Source: an uncultured Spirochaetota bacterium
GTDB taxonomy: Bacteria; Spirochaetota; Spirochaetia; SZUA-6; Fen-1364
Length of the DNA: 64,000 bases
Assembly: GCA_963734545.1 (NCBI GenBank)
Contig: CAVTHO010000009.1
Coordinates: 64,001 to 128,000 of the forward strand
Direction of reading: 5' to 3'
The notes beneath the pieces were generated by a model. The model saw only the letters and a list, made by a program, of their open reading frames with translations, was not told the origin of the DNA and searched no databases. Position numbers and translations under genes: made by a program. This document shows, piece by piece, positions 19,561 through 28,244 of this stretch (position 1 is its first letter; the number at the start of each line of letters is the position of its first letter).

Positions 19561-19999
19561 TGGCTACCTCTTTTGCACCGATCTCGTCGACGACCACGGA
19601 TATGTGGCAGGATCTCTTGATGAGCCTGTCCGCGCGGCCGCGGCCGCGGGCCCACATCCTCTTCATCGAGGGCCCCACGTCGACCAGGAGCTCCTTCACG
19701 TACAGCATCTGCTCGTCGAGGTTCTTGTTCTTCGCCAGCGCGTTCGCGGCGGCCGACTGGATGAGCTTCGACAGGAGCCGGGCACCCTTGTGGGGCAACA
19801 CGCCCAGCAACGCCATGGCCTCCACGTACGGCTTGCGGCGGACATTATCGGCAATGCGCCTCACCTTTGTCGCTGACACCCTCTGAAAGGGTACGCTGGC
19901 GCGGTACCCCGTGGTGATCTTGCGGGGCGGCCGCGTCTTCCTGACGGGCTTGCTGCCGGGCTCGCGCGCCGCTTTGAGCTTCTTCGGTGCATCGCTCAT
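19544..19999 (-). CDS. rplV: 50S ribosomal protein L22 with N-terminal extension
   Basis: [15 protein letters not shown] and [15 protein letters not shown]. Confidence 0.96.
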   Translation of the reverse strand: MSDAPKKLKAAREPGSKPVRKTRPPRKITTGYRASVPFQRVSATKVRRIADNVRRKPYVEAMALLGVLPHKGARLLSKLIQSAAANALAKNKNLDEQMLYVKELLVDVGPSMKRMWARGRGRADRLIKRSCHISVVVDEIGAKEVANGSEG

Positions 20000-20277
20000 T
20001 TCTTTACTACCTTCTTGTCAGAGCCCGAATGCCCCCGAAAGATCCGCGTAGGGGCGAACTCCCCGAGCTTGTGGCCGACGAGGTTTTCCGTGACGTACAC
20101 GGGAACCCAGGTCTTGCCGTTGTACACGGAGATCGTGTAGCCCACCATCTCGGGGATGATCGTGGAGGTTCGTGAGTATGTCTTCACCATCCGCTTCTCG
20201 CCGCTCTTGTTCATGTCGACGACCTGCTTGTACAGGCTTTTCGCGATGAACGGTCCCTTCTTGATCGATCGTGACAC
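19996..20277 (-). CDS. rpsS: 30S ribosomal protein S19
   Basis: RSIKKGPF and [12 protein letters not shown]. Confidence 0.98.
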   Translation of the reverse strand: MSRSIKKGPFIAKSLYKQVVDMNKSGEKRMVKTYSRTSTIIPEMVGYTISVYNGKTWVPVYVTENLVGHKLGEFAPTRIFRGHSGSDKKVVKK

Positions 20278-20289
20278 GCTCCGGCCCCC

Positions 20290-21117
20290 CTATTTCCTTC
20301 GATCCTTCACGATGAAGCGGCTCGTGGTGTTGCGCTTCTTGCGGGTCTTGTACCCCTTGGTCGGCTGACCCCAGGGACTGACGGGATGCCGTCCGCCCTT
20401 GGTCTTTCCCTCTCCACCGCCGTGCGGGTGGTCGACAGGGTTCATCGCCGTGCCGCGCACCTTCGGCCGCTTGCCCAGCCACCGGCTGCGCCCCGCCTTG
20501 CCGAGGGACACGTTCATATGGTCCTTGTTTCCCAGCTCGCCGATTGTGGCATAGCAGCGCTCGTTCACCATCCGCATCTCGCCCGAAGGAAGCCGCACGG
20601 TCACGTACAGCCCCTCTTTGGCCACCACGGTGGCGCTGGTCCCGGCGGAGCGGACCATCTGCCCTCCCCTGCCGAGATTGAGCTCTATGTTGTGAATCTG
20701 CATCCCCAGGGGAACCTTGCCCAGGGGAAGAGCGTTACCGGGTTCGAACCCGACGTCAGGTCCGCTCACGACGGTCTTCCCCACGGTGAGGCCCTCGGGC
20801 GCAAGGATGTAGCGCTTCTCCCCGTCCTTGTACACGATCAGGGCGATGAATGAGCTGCGGTTCGGGTCGTATTCGATGGCGCTCACCCTGCCAGGAATGC
20901 CGATCTTGTCACGGCGGAAATCGATCTGTCGGTACGCCTTCTTGTGGCCGCCGCCCTTGCGTCGGACGCTGATCCTGCCGCCCGCTCCACGACCCGCGTG
21001 CTTCGACTTGCCCTTGGTCAGTGCCTTTTCCGGAGACTTCTTGGTGATCTCTTCGAAGGTGAGACCCGTCTTGAACCGCAGTCCGGGGGTTAAAGGCCGG
21101 TATTTCTTGATTGCCAT
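20290..21117 (-). CDS. rplB: 50S ribosomal protein L2
   Basis: IEYDPNRS and [14 protein letters not shown]. Confidence 0.98.
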   Translation of the reverse strand: MAIKKYRPLTPGLRFKTGLTFEEITKKSPEKALTKGKSKHAGRGAGGRISVRRKGGGHKKAYRQIDFRRDKIGIPGRVSAIEYDPNRSSFIALIVYKDGEKRYILAPEGLTVGKTVVSGPDVGFEPGNALPLGKVPLGMQIHNIELNLGRGGQMVRSAGTSATVVAKEGLYVTVRLPSGEMRMVNERCYATIGELGNKDHMNVSLGKAGRSRWLGKRPKVRGTAMNPVDHPHGGGEGKTKGGRHPVSPWGQPTKGYKTRKKRNTTSRFIVKDRRK

Positions 21118-21137
21118 GAATGCTTCCTGCCCTTTCC

Positions 21138-21506
21138 TTAGACGCCCTCGAAGATGGCGATCTTTTCCTCAGGGGCGATCGTGATGATCGCCTTCTTCCA
21201 GGACGCGGTATAGCCGAGCCTGTAGCGCACCCTCTTGGGCTTTGTCGCCGTCTTCAGCACGTTACACTTGAGGGGATGCACGTTGTAGAGCTTGCGCACA
21301 GCGTCCATGATCTGGTACTTGTTCGCCCGGCTGTCCACCTTGAACACGTACTTGTGGCTTTCCCGCATCACGTTCGTCTTCTCGGTCACCACCGGCTCGA
21401 TGACGATTCTCTCGATCCGGTGCGGTACGCCGTGCGTTTCCGGCTGGCGCGGTACTCCGCGCGTTTCTGGCCGGCGCGGTACTCCGCGCATTTCTTCTGG
21501 CGTCAT
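21138..21506 (-). CDS. rplW: 50S ribosomal protein L23 with repeat-derived N-terminal insertion
   Basis: PVVTEK, YVFKVD..ANK and WKKAII; ATGA overlap with the rplD stop. Confidence 0.96.
   Translation of the reverse strand: MTPEEMRGVPRRPETRGVPRQPETHGVPHRIERIVIEPVVTEKTNVMRESHKYVFKVDSRANKYQIMDAVRKLYNVHPLKCNVLKTATKPKRVRYRLGYTASWKKAIITIAPEEKIAIFEGV
21418..21498. repeat. 3 x 27-bp tandem array of module D inside rplW
   Basis: Units at 21418, 21445 and 21472; 21471-21497 matches the tlyA unit 2578-2604 at 25 of 27 nt. Confidence 0.95.
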
Positions 21507-22276
21507 TTGTCCGCCCCCTTTGCCTTGGCGGCTTTCCGCGCCCGGGGAGCCGGTGCGGCGGCGGCTTTCGCCTTGGGCCTGGTCCTGGTCTCGGCGGCGC
21601 CGCGCGCGGTCGCGCGCTCAGCGGAACCGTGCGGCACTGCCTCGGCGGAGCCCTCTGCCCCATAGAAATTGTTGAGCTTGGTGGCCGCGGTTTCCAGCAG
21701 AAGCAGCTTCTGACAATAGAAGAGCGCGTGCGCCGTCAGCCTGTTGAAGCTGAGAAAGTCCAGCCACGGGACGTTTCGACCGGCTCTCCGGGTCATCGCA
21801 TCGTCGTCCTTGAGAATGACCACGGTGCGCTCCTGCGCGGCGAGATTCTTCAATAAAAGTACCAGGTCCTTGGTCTTTCCGCTCTCCACGGTGAAATCCG
21901 TGACCACGCGCAGCTTGTCCTCTTTCGCCTTCAGGGAGAGAATGGAGAGGAGGGCCAGCCGCTTCACCTTGCGGGGAAGCTTGTAACTGTAGTCGCGCGG
22001 CCGGGGCCCGAAAATCTTTCCGCCGCCCACCCAGACGGGTGAGGTTCTCTGGCCCGCGCGCGCGCGGCCCGTGCCCTTCTGTTTCCACGGCTTCTTGTTG
22101 CTGCCATGCACCTCGCCGCGATCCTTGATCTTCGCGGTGCCGAGACGGCGGTTGGCCAGCTCGTTCCTGATGGCGTGATAGATGGAGCCCTCGCTCACAT
22201 CGCGGCCGAACACCACGTCGGAGAGCTCGATCTCGCGCAGCGCCTTGCCGTCCAGTCCGTAGACCTGTGTCTTCAT
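21503..22276 (-). CDS. rplD: 50S ribosomal protein L4 with C-terminal Ala/Lys/Arg tail
   Basis: [14 protein letters not shown] and [13 protein letters not shown]. Confidence 0.97.
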   Translation of the reverse strand: MKTQVYGLDGKALREIELSDVVFGRDVSEGSIYHAIRNELANRRLGTAKIKDRGEVHGSNKKPWKQKGTGRARAGQRTSPVWVGGGKIFGPRPRDYSYKLPRKVKRLALLSILSLKAKEDKLRVVTDFTVESGKTKDLVLLLKNLAAQERTVVILKDDDAMTRRAGRNVPWLDFLSFNRLTAHALFYCQKLLLLETAATKLNNFYGAEGSAEAVPHGSAERATARGAAETRTRPKAKAAAAPAPRARKAAKAKGADK

Positions 22277-22286
22277 CGTTTTCGCC

Positions 22287-22904
22287 CTACTTCTTTCCGG
22301 CCTTGAGCACGACGACAAAGCCGCCGCGTCTGCCGGGCACGGCGCCGTTGATCAGCAGCAGGCCCTTTTCCTTGTCCACTTTGAAGAGTCGCAGGTTCTG
22401 CACGGTGAGGCGCGCGTTGCCCATGCGCCCCGGCATCTTCGAGCCCTTGACGATCTTGCGGAACGCGCCGGTGCCGACCGAGCCCATTTCGCGGTGAAAC
22501 TTCGAGCCGTGGGCCCCGGGGCCGCCCGCGAACTTGTGCCGCCGGACAACTCCCTGGAAACCCTTGCCCTTGGTGGTGCCGCGGACGTCGACGTACCGCA
22601 CGCCCTCGAAGATTTCCACGCCGACCTTGTCGCCGACCTTGCACTCCTTCTCGAAGTCCTTGAACTCGAGGAGGAACCGCGTCGGGTCCGTGCCCTCGGG
22701 GAACTGCCCCGCGTAGGGTTTGCGGACGCGCGTCTTCTTCAACGGGTCTGCGCCGAGAACCATGGCGCTGTACCCGTTCTTTTCCGCCGTGCGTTCCCGC
22801 ACGACCACGTTCGGCTCCACCTGTATCACGCTGAGCGGGATTCTCATCCCCTCCTCGTTGAACAGCTGGGTCATGCCGATCTTTTTGCCGATTAGCGCAA
22901 GCAT
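22287..22904 (-). CDS. rplC: 50S ribosomal protein L3
   Basis: [20 protein letters not shown] and KMPGRMG. Confidence 0.98.
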   Translation of the reverse strand: MLALIGKKIGMTQLFNEEGMRIPLSVIQVEPNVVVRERTAEKNGYSAMVLGADPLKKTRVRKPYAGQFPEGTDPTRFLLEFKDFEKECKVGDKVGVEIFEGVRYVDVRGTTKGKGFQGVVRRHKFAGGPGAHGSKFHREMGSVGTGAFRKIVKGSKMPGRMGNARLTVQNLRLFKVDKEKGLLLINGAVPGRRGGFVVVLKAGKK

Positions 22905-22918
22905 TCCTGCAGCCTCAC

Positions 22919-22993
22919 TGCGACGCGGTACGCCGCGTCATTCGTTGCGACGCGGTACGCCGCGTCATTCGTTGCGACGCGATACGCCGCGTC
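22919..22993. repeat. ~3 x 27-bp tandem array of module D (rpsJ-rplC spacer)
   Basis: tgcgacgcggtacgccgcgtcattcgt x2 plus a partial third copy. Confidence 0.95.
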
Positions 22994-22995
22994 GC

Positions 22996-23304
22996 TCATT
23001 GCTTGATTTCGACGTCCACGCCGGCGGGCAGCTCCAGACGCATGAGGGCGTCCATGACCGCGGGGGTGGGCTCGAGGATGTCGATCAGCCTCTTGTGGGT
23101 CCGCATCTCGAATTGCTCGCGCGATTTCTTGTGCACGTGCGGCGAGCGCAGGACCGTGAACTTGTTGATCCTCATGGGAAGCGGGATGGGGCCCGAGACC
23201 CGAGATCCCGCCTTCAGCACCGTCTGCACGATGGACTTCGCGCTCTGATCGATGAGCTCGATGTCGAAACCCCGCAGGCGCACTCGAATCCTTTCCCTGG
23301 CCAT
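22996..23304 (-). CDS. rpsJ: 30S ribosomal protein S10
   Basis: GPIPLP and [21 protein letters not shown]. Confidence 0.98.
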   Translation of the reverse strand: MARERIRVRLRGFDIELIDQSAKSIVQTVLKAGSRVSGPIPLPMRINKFTVLRSPHVHKKSREQFEMRTHKRLIDILEPTPAVMDALMRLELPAGVDVEIKQ

Positions 23305-23317
23305 TCTCTTACTCCGT

Positions 23318-23367
23318 CCGGTCACGGTACCCCGTGACATTCCCGGTCACGGTACCCCGTGACGTTC
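23318..23367. repeat. 2 x 25-bp tandem array of module D variant (tuf-rpsJ spacer)
   Basis: ccggtcacggtaccccgtgac(a/g)ttc x2. Confidence 0.92.
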
Positions 23368-23423
23368 CTTCGCGCCGTGCCGGCAGCACGCCGGGCGTTA
23401 CATCCGCGTCTTCGCGCGGCGCC

Positions 23424-24617
23424 CTACTCAATGATGTCCGTTACCTGTCCTGCCCCGACCGTCTTGCCGCCTTCCCGGATGGCGAACTGAAGCCCCTTGT
23501 CCATGGCGATGGGGTAGATCAGCTCGACAGCGAGATCGGTGATATGGTCGCCGGGCATGACCATCTGCTTGCCTTCGGGCAGCGTGACGGACGCCGTGAC
23601 GTCCGTGGTGCGGAAGTAGAACTGGGGCCGGTATCCCGTAAAGAACGGAGAGTGCCGCCCGCCCTCTTCCTTGGTCAGCGCCACGACGGTGCACTTGAAC
23701 TTCTTGTGCGGCGTGATCGAGCCCGGCTTGGCAAGGACCTGTCCGCGCTCGACGTCGTCTTTTTCTATGCCGCGCAGAAGGGTGCCGATATTGTCGCCCG
23801 CCTGCCCCTCGTCCAGAAGCTTGTTGAACATTTCGACACCGGTCACGACCGTCTTGCGCGTGTCCTTGATGCCGACGATTTCGCATTCGTCTCCGACATG
23901 CACGACACCCGTTGCCACGCGTCCGGTGACCACGGTTCCGCGTCCGGAAATGGAGAACACGTCTTCGATGGGCATCAGGTACGGCTTGTCAACCGGTCGC
24001 GGCGGAATGGGGAAATACTCGTCCATCGTGGTGAGAAGCTCCTCGATGCACTTGGTGTTCTCCGCCACCTCGGGATGCTCCATTGCCTTGAGCGCCGAGC
24101 CCTTGATGATGGGGATCTTGTCGCCGGGGAAGTTGTAGAATTTCAGGACGTCCCGAATCTCCACCTCGACCAGCTCGATGAGCTCCTTGTCGTCCACCAT
24201 GTCGATCTTGTTCAGGAATACGACGATGGCGGGCACACCGACCTGCCGGGCCAGGAGAATGTGCTCCCGGGTCTGCGGCATCACGGAATCAGGCGCGGAC
24301 ACGACGAGCACGGCACCGTCCATCTGGGCGGCTCCCGTGATCATGTTCTTTATATAGTCCGCATGCCCCGGGCAGTCGATGTGGGCATAGTGGCGCTTTT
24401 CCGACTGGTACTCCACATGCCGGGTGTTGATGGTGATCCCCCTCGCCTTCTCTTCGGGGGCATTATCGATGTCCTCATACTTCATCAGCTTGTCGCCGTA
24501 CTTCTTCGCGCAGTACATGGTGATCGCAGCCGTGAGCGTGGTCTTGCCGTGGTCGATGTGACCGATGGTGCCCACATTGATATGAGGCTTCGACCGGACA
24601 AATTTCTCCTTCGCCAT
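23424..24617 (-). CDS. tuf: Elongation factor Tu
   Basis: [27 protein letters not shown] and FAIREGG. Confidence 0.99.
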   Translation of the reverse strand: MAKEKFVRSKPHINVGTIGHIDHGKTTLTAAITMYCAKKYGDKLMKYEDIDNAPEEKARGITINTRHVEYQSEKRHYAHIDCPGHADYIKNMITGAAQMDGAVLVVSAPDSVMPQTREHILLARQVGVPAIVVFLNKIDMVDDKELIELVEVEIRDVLKFYNFPGDKIPIIKGSALKAMEHPEVAENTKCIEELLTTMDEYFPIPPRPVDKPYLMPIEDVFSISGRGTVVTGRVATGVVHVGDECEIVGIKDTRKTVVTGVEMFNKLLDEGQAGDNIGTLLRGIEKDDVERGQVLAKPGSITPHKKFKCTVVALTKEEGGRHSPFFTGYRPQFYFRTTDVTASVTLPEGKQMVMPGDHITDLAVELIYPIAMDKGLQFAIREGGKTVGAGQVTDIIE

Positions 24618-24658
24618 AAAACTCCTCCTTGCAGTTTCCTGACGCGCTCAAATTCCCT

Positions 24659-24803
24659 GCGCGGTACCCCGCGCCTTTTTTTCCTGTGCGCGGTACCTTG
24701 CACGGTAACCCGTGCAGTTTCGCGCTTTTTTCCCCACCGCAGTACGGCGTACCCGCTACACGGGTACGGCCTCCGGGCCGAGCGCGTGCTCGCGCACTCC
24801 CGT
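24659..24803. repeat. Intergenic mosaic: three module D hairpins plus module A (fusA-tuf spacer)
   Basis: gcgcggtaccccgcgc (24659), gcgcggtacc (24688), tgcacggtaacccgtgca (24699), module A at 24744-24803. Confidence 0.9.
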
Positions 24804-24846
24804 CCTCCGCGCTTCTCTGTTCCGCCCCGCTCGCTCAAATCCCCGG

Positions 24847-26934
24847 CTATTTTTTCGAGCCGCGGGTCTTGGTCACAAGCTCTTCCTGGATCGATCGAGG
24901 GGTGTCCTGGTAATGGGAGAATTGCATGGTGTGTGACGCGCGCCCCTTGGTCATGGAACGCAGCGTCGTCACGTACCCGAACATGGAACGCAAGGGTACG
25001 AGGGCTTTCACCACCTTACTCCCAGGCCGATCTTCGATTCCCTCTACGTGGCCCATTCGCGCGCCGAAGTCCGAGATGACATCCCCGAGGTGCTCCTCGG
25101 GAGTCGCGCACTCCACGGCCATGATCGGTTCAAGGATAGTCGGTTTGGCTTTTGCACAGCCCGACTTGTATGCCATCGATGCCGCCACTTTGAAGGCCAT
25201 TTCGCTGGAGTCCACGTCATGGTAGGACCCGTCCAGCAGCGATGCCCGGAAGTCCACCATCGGGTAGCCTCCCAGCACCCCGTTTTCCATGGCTTCCTTG
25301 ATGCCCTTCTCCACCGCGGGAACATATTCCCGCGGCACGCGGCCGCCGATGACCTTGTTCTCGAAAATGAACCCCGTTCCGGCAGGGAGAGGCTCGAAGC
25401 TCATGATCACGTGCCCATAGGCCCCGTGGCCGCCGGTCTGCTTCACGAACTTGCCCTCCGCCTCGGCGCTGGCCCGGATGGTTTCGCGGTAGGCAACCTC
25501 GGGTGTTCCGACGTTCGCCCCCACGTTGAACTCGCGGAACATCCGTTCCACGAGGACCTCCAGGTGCAGCTCGCCCATGCCCCAGATGATCGTCTGGCCC
25601 GTTTCCTTGTCGAAACGCACCTTGAACGTCGGGTCCTCCTCCGAGAGCTTGTGCAGGGCCGAGGAGAGCTTCTCCTCGTCTTCCCTGGTCTTCGGCTCGA
25701 TGGAGACGGAAACAACCGGGTCGGGAAAGACCATGGATTCCAGGATGACCTGCCGCTCTTCGTCGCACAGCGTGTCACCCGTGGTGGTCTTTTTCAGACC
25801 CACGGCTGCCGCGATGTCACCCGGATAAACGGCCTTGATCTCTTCCCGCTCGTTCGCGTGCATCCTCAGTATCCGTGTCACCCGCTCCCGCCTGTCAGCG
25901 GTCGAGTTGTAGATGTACGACCCCGCCGTCAGCGTTCCCGAATACACACGGATGAAAGTCAGCTTCCCCACAAAGGGGTCCGTCATGATCTTGAATGCAA
26001 GCGCCGCGAAAGGCTCGTCATCCCTGGGAAAGCGCTGGATATAGTCCCCGCTGCTGGGGACCGTTCCCATGGTCGGCGGAACGTCCGCCGGCGAGGGAAG
26101 GTAGTCCACGACTGCGTCAAGAAGAGGCTGGATGCCCTTGTTCTTGAATGCGCTTCCGCACACGACAGGGAATATCCTGCCGCTCACCGTGGCTGTCCGC
26201 AGGGCCGTTCTGATGGCATCTTCGCCGATTTCTTTGCCGTCGACGTAGTCCGCCATCATTGCGTCGTCCGTCTCTGCCAGCTTCTCCACCATCGTAGCCC
26301 GCGCCGCTTGGGCGGCTTTCATGACCTTGGCGGGGATCTCCACCTCACGGAATTGCGCCCCGAGAACGTCTTCGTCCCAGATCAATCCGCGCATCCGGAC
26401 CAGGTCCACCAGCCCGGCAAAATCCCCCTCGATTCCGATGGGAACCTGTATGGCGACCGCGTTTGCCCCGAGCTTGGCGTGCATTTCCTCCACGACTTCC
26501 TCGAAGCGCGCTCCGGTCCTGTCCATCTTGTTGATGAACGCCACACGGGGGACGTTGTATCGGTTGGCCTGCTTCCAGACCGTCTCGCTCTGAGGCTCGA
26601 CGCCTTCGACGGCCGAGAAAACCCCGATTGCTCCGTCCAAAACTCTCAAAGAACGTTCCACTTCGACAGTAAAGTCGACGTGTCCCGGCGTGTCGATGAT
26701 GTTGATCTGCACGCCGCGCCATTCACAGAAGGTCGCGGCCGCCGTGATGGTGATGCCGCGCTCCTTCTCCAGATCCATCCAGTCCATCTTGGCTTCGCCA
26801 TCATGGACTTCACCGATCTTGTGTGTCCTGCCGGTATAGTACAAAACCCGTTCTGTCGTCGTCGTCTTACCGGCGTCAATATGGGCCATTATCCCGATAT
26901 TGCGTGTCGACGACAGGGGATACCGCGATTCCAT
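24847..26934 (-). CDS. fusA: Elongation factor G
   Basis: [31 protein letters not shown] and GMGELHL. Confidence 0.98.
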   Translation of the reverse strand: MESRYPLSSTRNIGIMAHIDAGKTTTTERVLYYTGRTHKIGEVHDGEAKMDWMDLEKERGITITAAATFCEWRGVQINIIDTPGHVDFTVEVERSLRVLDGAIGVFSAVEGVEPQSETVWKQANRYNVPRVAFINKMDRTGARFEEVVEEMHAKLGANAVAIQVPIGIEGDFAGLVDLVRMRGLIWDEDVLGAQFREVEIPAKVMKAAQAARATMVEKLAETDDAMMADYVDGKEIGEDAIRTALRTATVSGRIFPVVCGSAFKNKGIQPLLDAVVDYLPSPADVPPTMGTVPSSGDYIQRFPRDDEPFAALAFKIMTDPFVGKLTFIRVYSGTLTAGSYIYNSTADRRERVTRILRMHANEREEIKAVYPGDIAAAVGLKKTTTGDTLCDEERQVILESMVFPDPVVSVSIEPKTREDEEKLSSALHKLSEEDPTFKVRFDKETGQTIIWGMGELHLEVLVERMFREFNVGANVGTPEVAYRETIRASAEAEGKFVKQTGGHGAYGHVIMSFEPLPAGTGFIFENKVIGGRVPREYVPAVEKGIKEAMENGVLGGYPMVDFRASLLDGSYHDVDSSEMAFKVAASMAYKSGCAKAKPTILEPIMAVECATPEEHLGDVISDFGARMGHVEGIEDRPGSKVVKALVPLRSMFGYVTTLRSMTKGRASHTMQFSHYQDTPRSIQEELVTKTRGSKK

Positions 26935-26955
26935 AAGGTGAGCGTGCTTGCCGTT

Positions 26956-27429
26956 CTACCAGCGGTAGTGGGCAAAAGCCTTGTTCGCCTCCGCCATCTT
27001 ATGGGTATCTTCCTTCTTCTTGATCGCGGAACCGGTGTTGTTGAAAGCGTCGACGAGCTCGGCCGCGAGCTTCTCCGCCATCGACCTTCCGTGCCGGCTG
27101 CGCGAATATCCTATGATCCAGCGCATGGCCAACGCGTCCCTGCGCTCTTCCCGGATCTCCACCGGGACCTGGAGGGTCGCCCCTCCCACCCTGCGCGACT
27201 TCACCTCCACCACGGGCTTGACGTTTTCCAGCGCCTTCTGGAAGACTTCCACAGGATCCTTGCCCGAAACCTTCTGGGCAATGATGTCGAGCGCCGAATA
27301 GATGCTCCCGTAGGAGATGCTCTTCTTGCCCTGCTCCATCATGCGGGCGACGAATTTCCCGATGACCGGGTTCTTGTACTTGGGATCCAGGAGGATCCTT
27401 TTTTTCCGAATCAACTGCCCTCTCGGCAT
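26956..27429 (-). CDS. rpsG: 30S ribosomal protein S7
   Basis: [15 protein letters not shown] and [15 protein letters not shown]. Confidence 0.98.
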   Translation of the reverse strand: MPRGQLIRKKRILLDPKYKNPVIGKFVARMMEQGKKSISYGSIYSALDIIAQKVSGKDPVEVFQKALENVKPVVEVKSRRVGGATLQVPVEIREERRDALAMRWIIGYSRSRHGRSMAEKLAAELVDAFNNTGSAIKKKEDTHKMAEANKAFAHYRW

Positions 27430-27448
27430 CTCGTTTCCTTCTCCTATG

Positions 27449-27499
27449 GGCTCGCTTTAGTGCATCCCTGCACTCGCTCGCCCTCGCCTTCCGTGGCTA
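27449..27499 (-). repeat. Module B repeat overlapping the rpsL stop codon
   Basis: catccctg...ctcgccttccgtggcta; homologous to 62981-63017 and to the reverse complement of 3487-3525. Confidence 0.7.
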
Positions 27500-27871
27500 T
27501 GCCTTCGGTCTCTTGGTGCCGTACTTGGACCGGGCCTTCTTGCGGTCTTCAACGCCGAGGGTATCCTTGGCACCGCGAATGATGTGGTAGCGGACGCCGG
27601 GGAGGTCTTTCACTTTTCCGCCGCGGATGAGCACCACGGAGTGCTCCTGAAGGTTGTGGCCGATGCCGGGGATGTACGCCGTGACGTCTATCCCGTTGGT
27701 CAACCGCACGCGGGCAACCTTGCGGAGAGCCGAGTTCGGCTTCTTGGGGGTTACGGTCATGACACGCGTGCACACTCCCCTTTTCTGAGGGCAGTTCTGG
27801 AGGGCCGGGGACTTCGTCTTCTTGCGGACCGCCTTGCGTCCCATCCTCACCAGCTGGTTGATCGTCGGCAT
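27497..27871 (-). CDS. rpsL: 30S ribosomal protein S12
   Basis: [20 protein letters not shown] and DLPGVRYH. Confidence 0.99.
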   Translation of the reverse strand: MPTINQLVRMGRKAVRKKTKSPALQNCPQKRGVCTRVMTVTPKKPNSALRKVARVRLTNGIDVTAYIPGIGHNLQEHSVVLIRGGKVKDLPGVRYHIIRGAKDTLGVEDRKKARSKYGTKRPKA

Positions 27872-27900
27872 AAACCCTTCCTGCTACCTTTCTCTTCTTG

Positions 27901-27960
27901 ACGGCGTTCGCGCCGAACGGGTACAGCCTCACGCCGAGCGCGTACTCGCCCACTCCCGCA
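27901..27960. repeat. Module A repeat in the rpsL 5' UTR
   Basis: acggcgttcgcgccgaacgggtacagcctcacgccgagcgcgtactcgcccactcccg. Confidence 0.85.
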
Positions 27961-27997
27961 GCGTATCTCTTCCTGATTCACAGACACGCGGATTTGA

Positions 27998-28026
27998 ACG
28001 TTACTATTCTGCAAAAAAAAAGTCAA
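27998..28026 (-). promoter_or_regulatory. sigma70-type promoter of the str operon
   Basis: Minus strand TTGACT-N17-TAACGT. Confidence 0.7.
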
Positions 28027-28244
28027 CCCCTCATAACCGGTATCCGGGGCTTTGAGATCGTTCCTGTTGCCGTCCCCGTCCCTTTACGCCGGATGTCTCG
28101 TCCGGCGTTCCGAATGCCGCGAGCCCGCGAAACCCTTCAAACCCGCGGATGCCTCGGATCCCCTCCCAGAACGAGCCCACTCTATCACCGGCGAGCGTGC
28201 ATGTCCAGAGGCAGCACCACCCGCCGAATGACAATCGATACGTC

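Noticed and set aside
22919-22993. CRISPR array interpretation of the palindromic tandem repeats (also 2524-2631 and 21418-21498)
   Set aside because: Units are head-to-tail with no unique spacers, only 2-4 copies each, and no cas genes are in the window.
23305-23340. Repeat-derived N-terminal extension of S10 ([12 protein letters not shown]); similarly the upstream extensions of rpsK and bioY in the ORF track
   Set aside because: Canonical starts with SD sequences exist downstream of the repeats.
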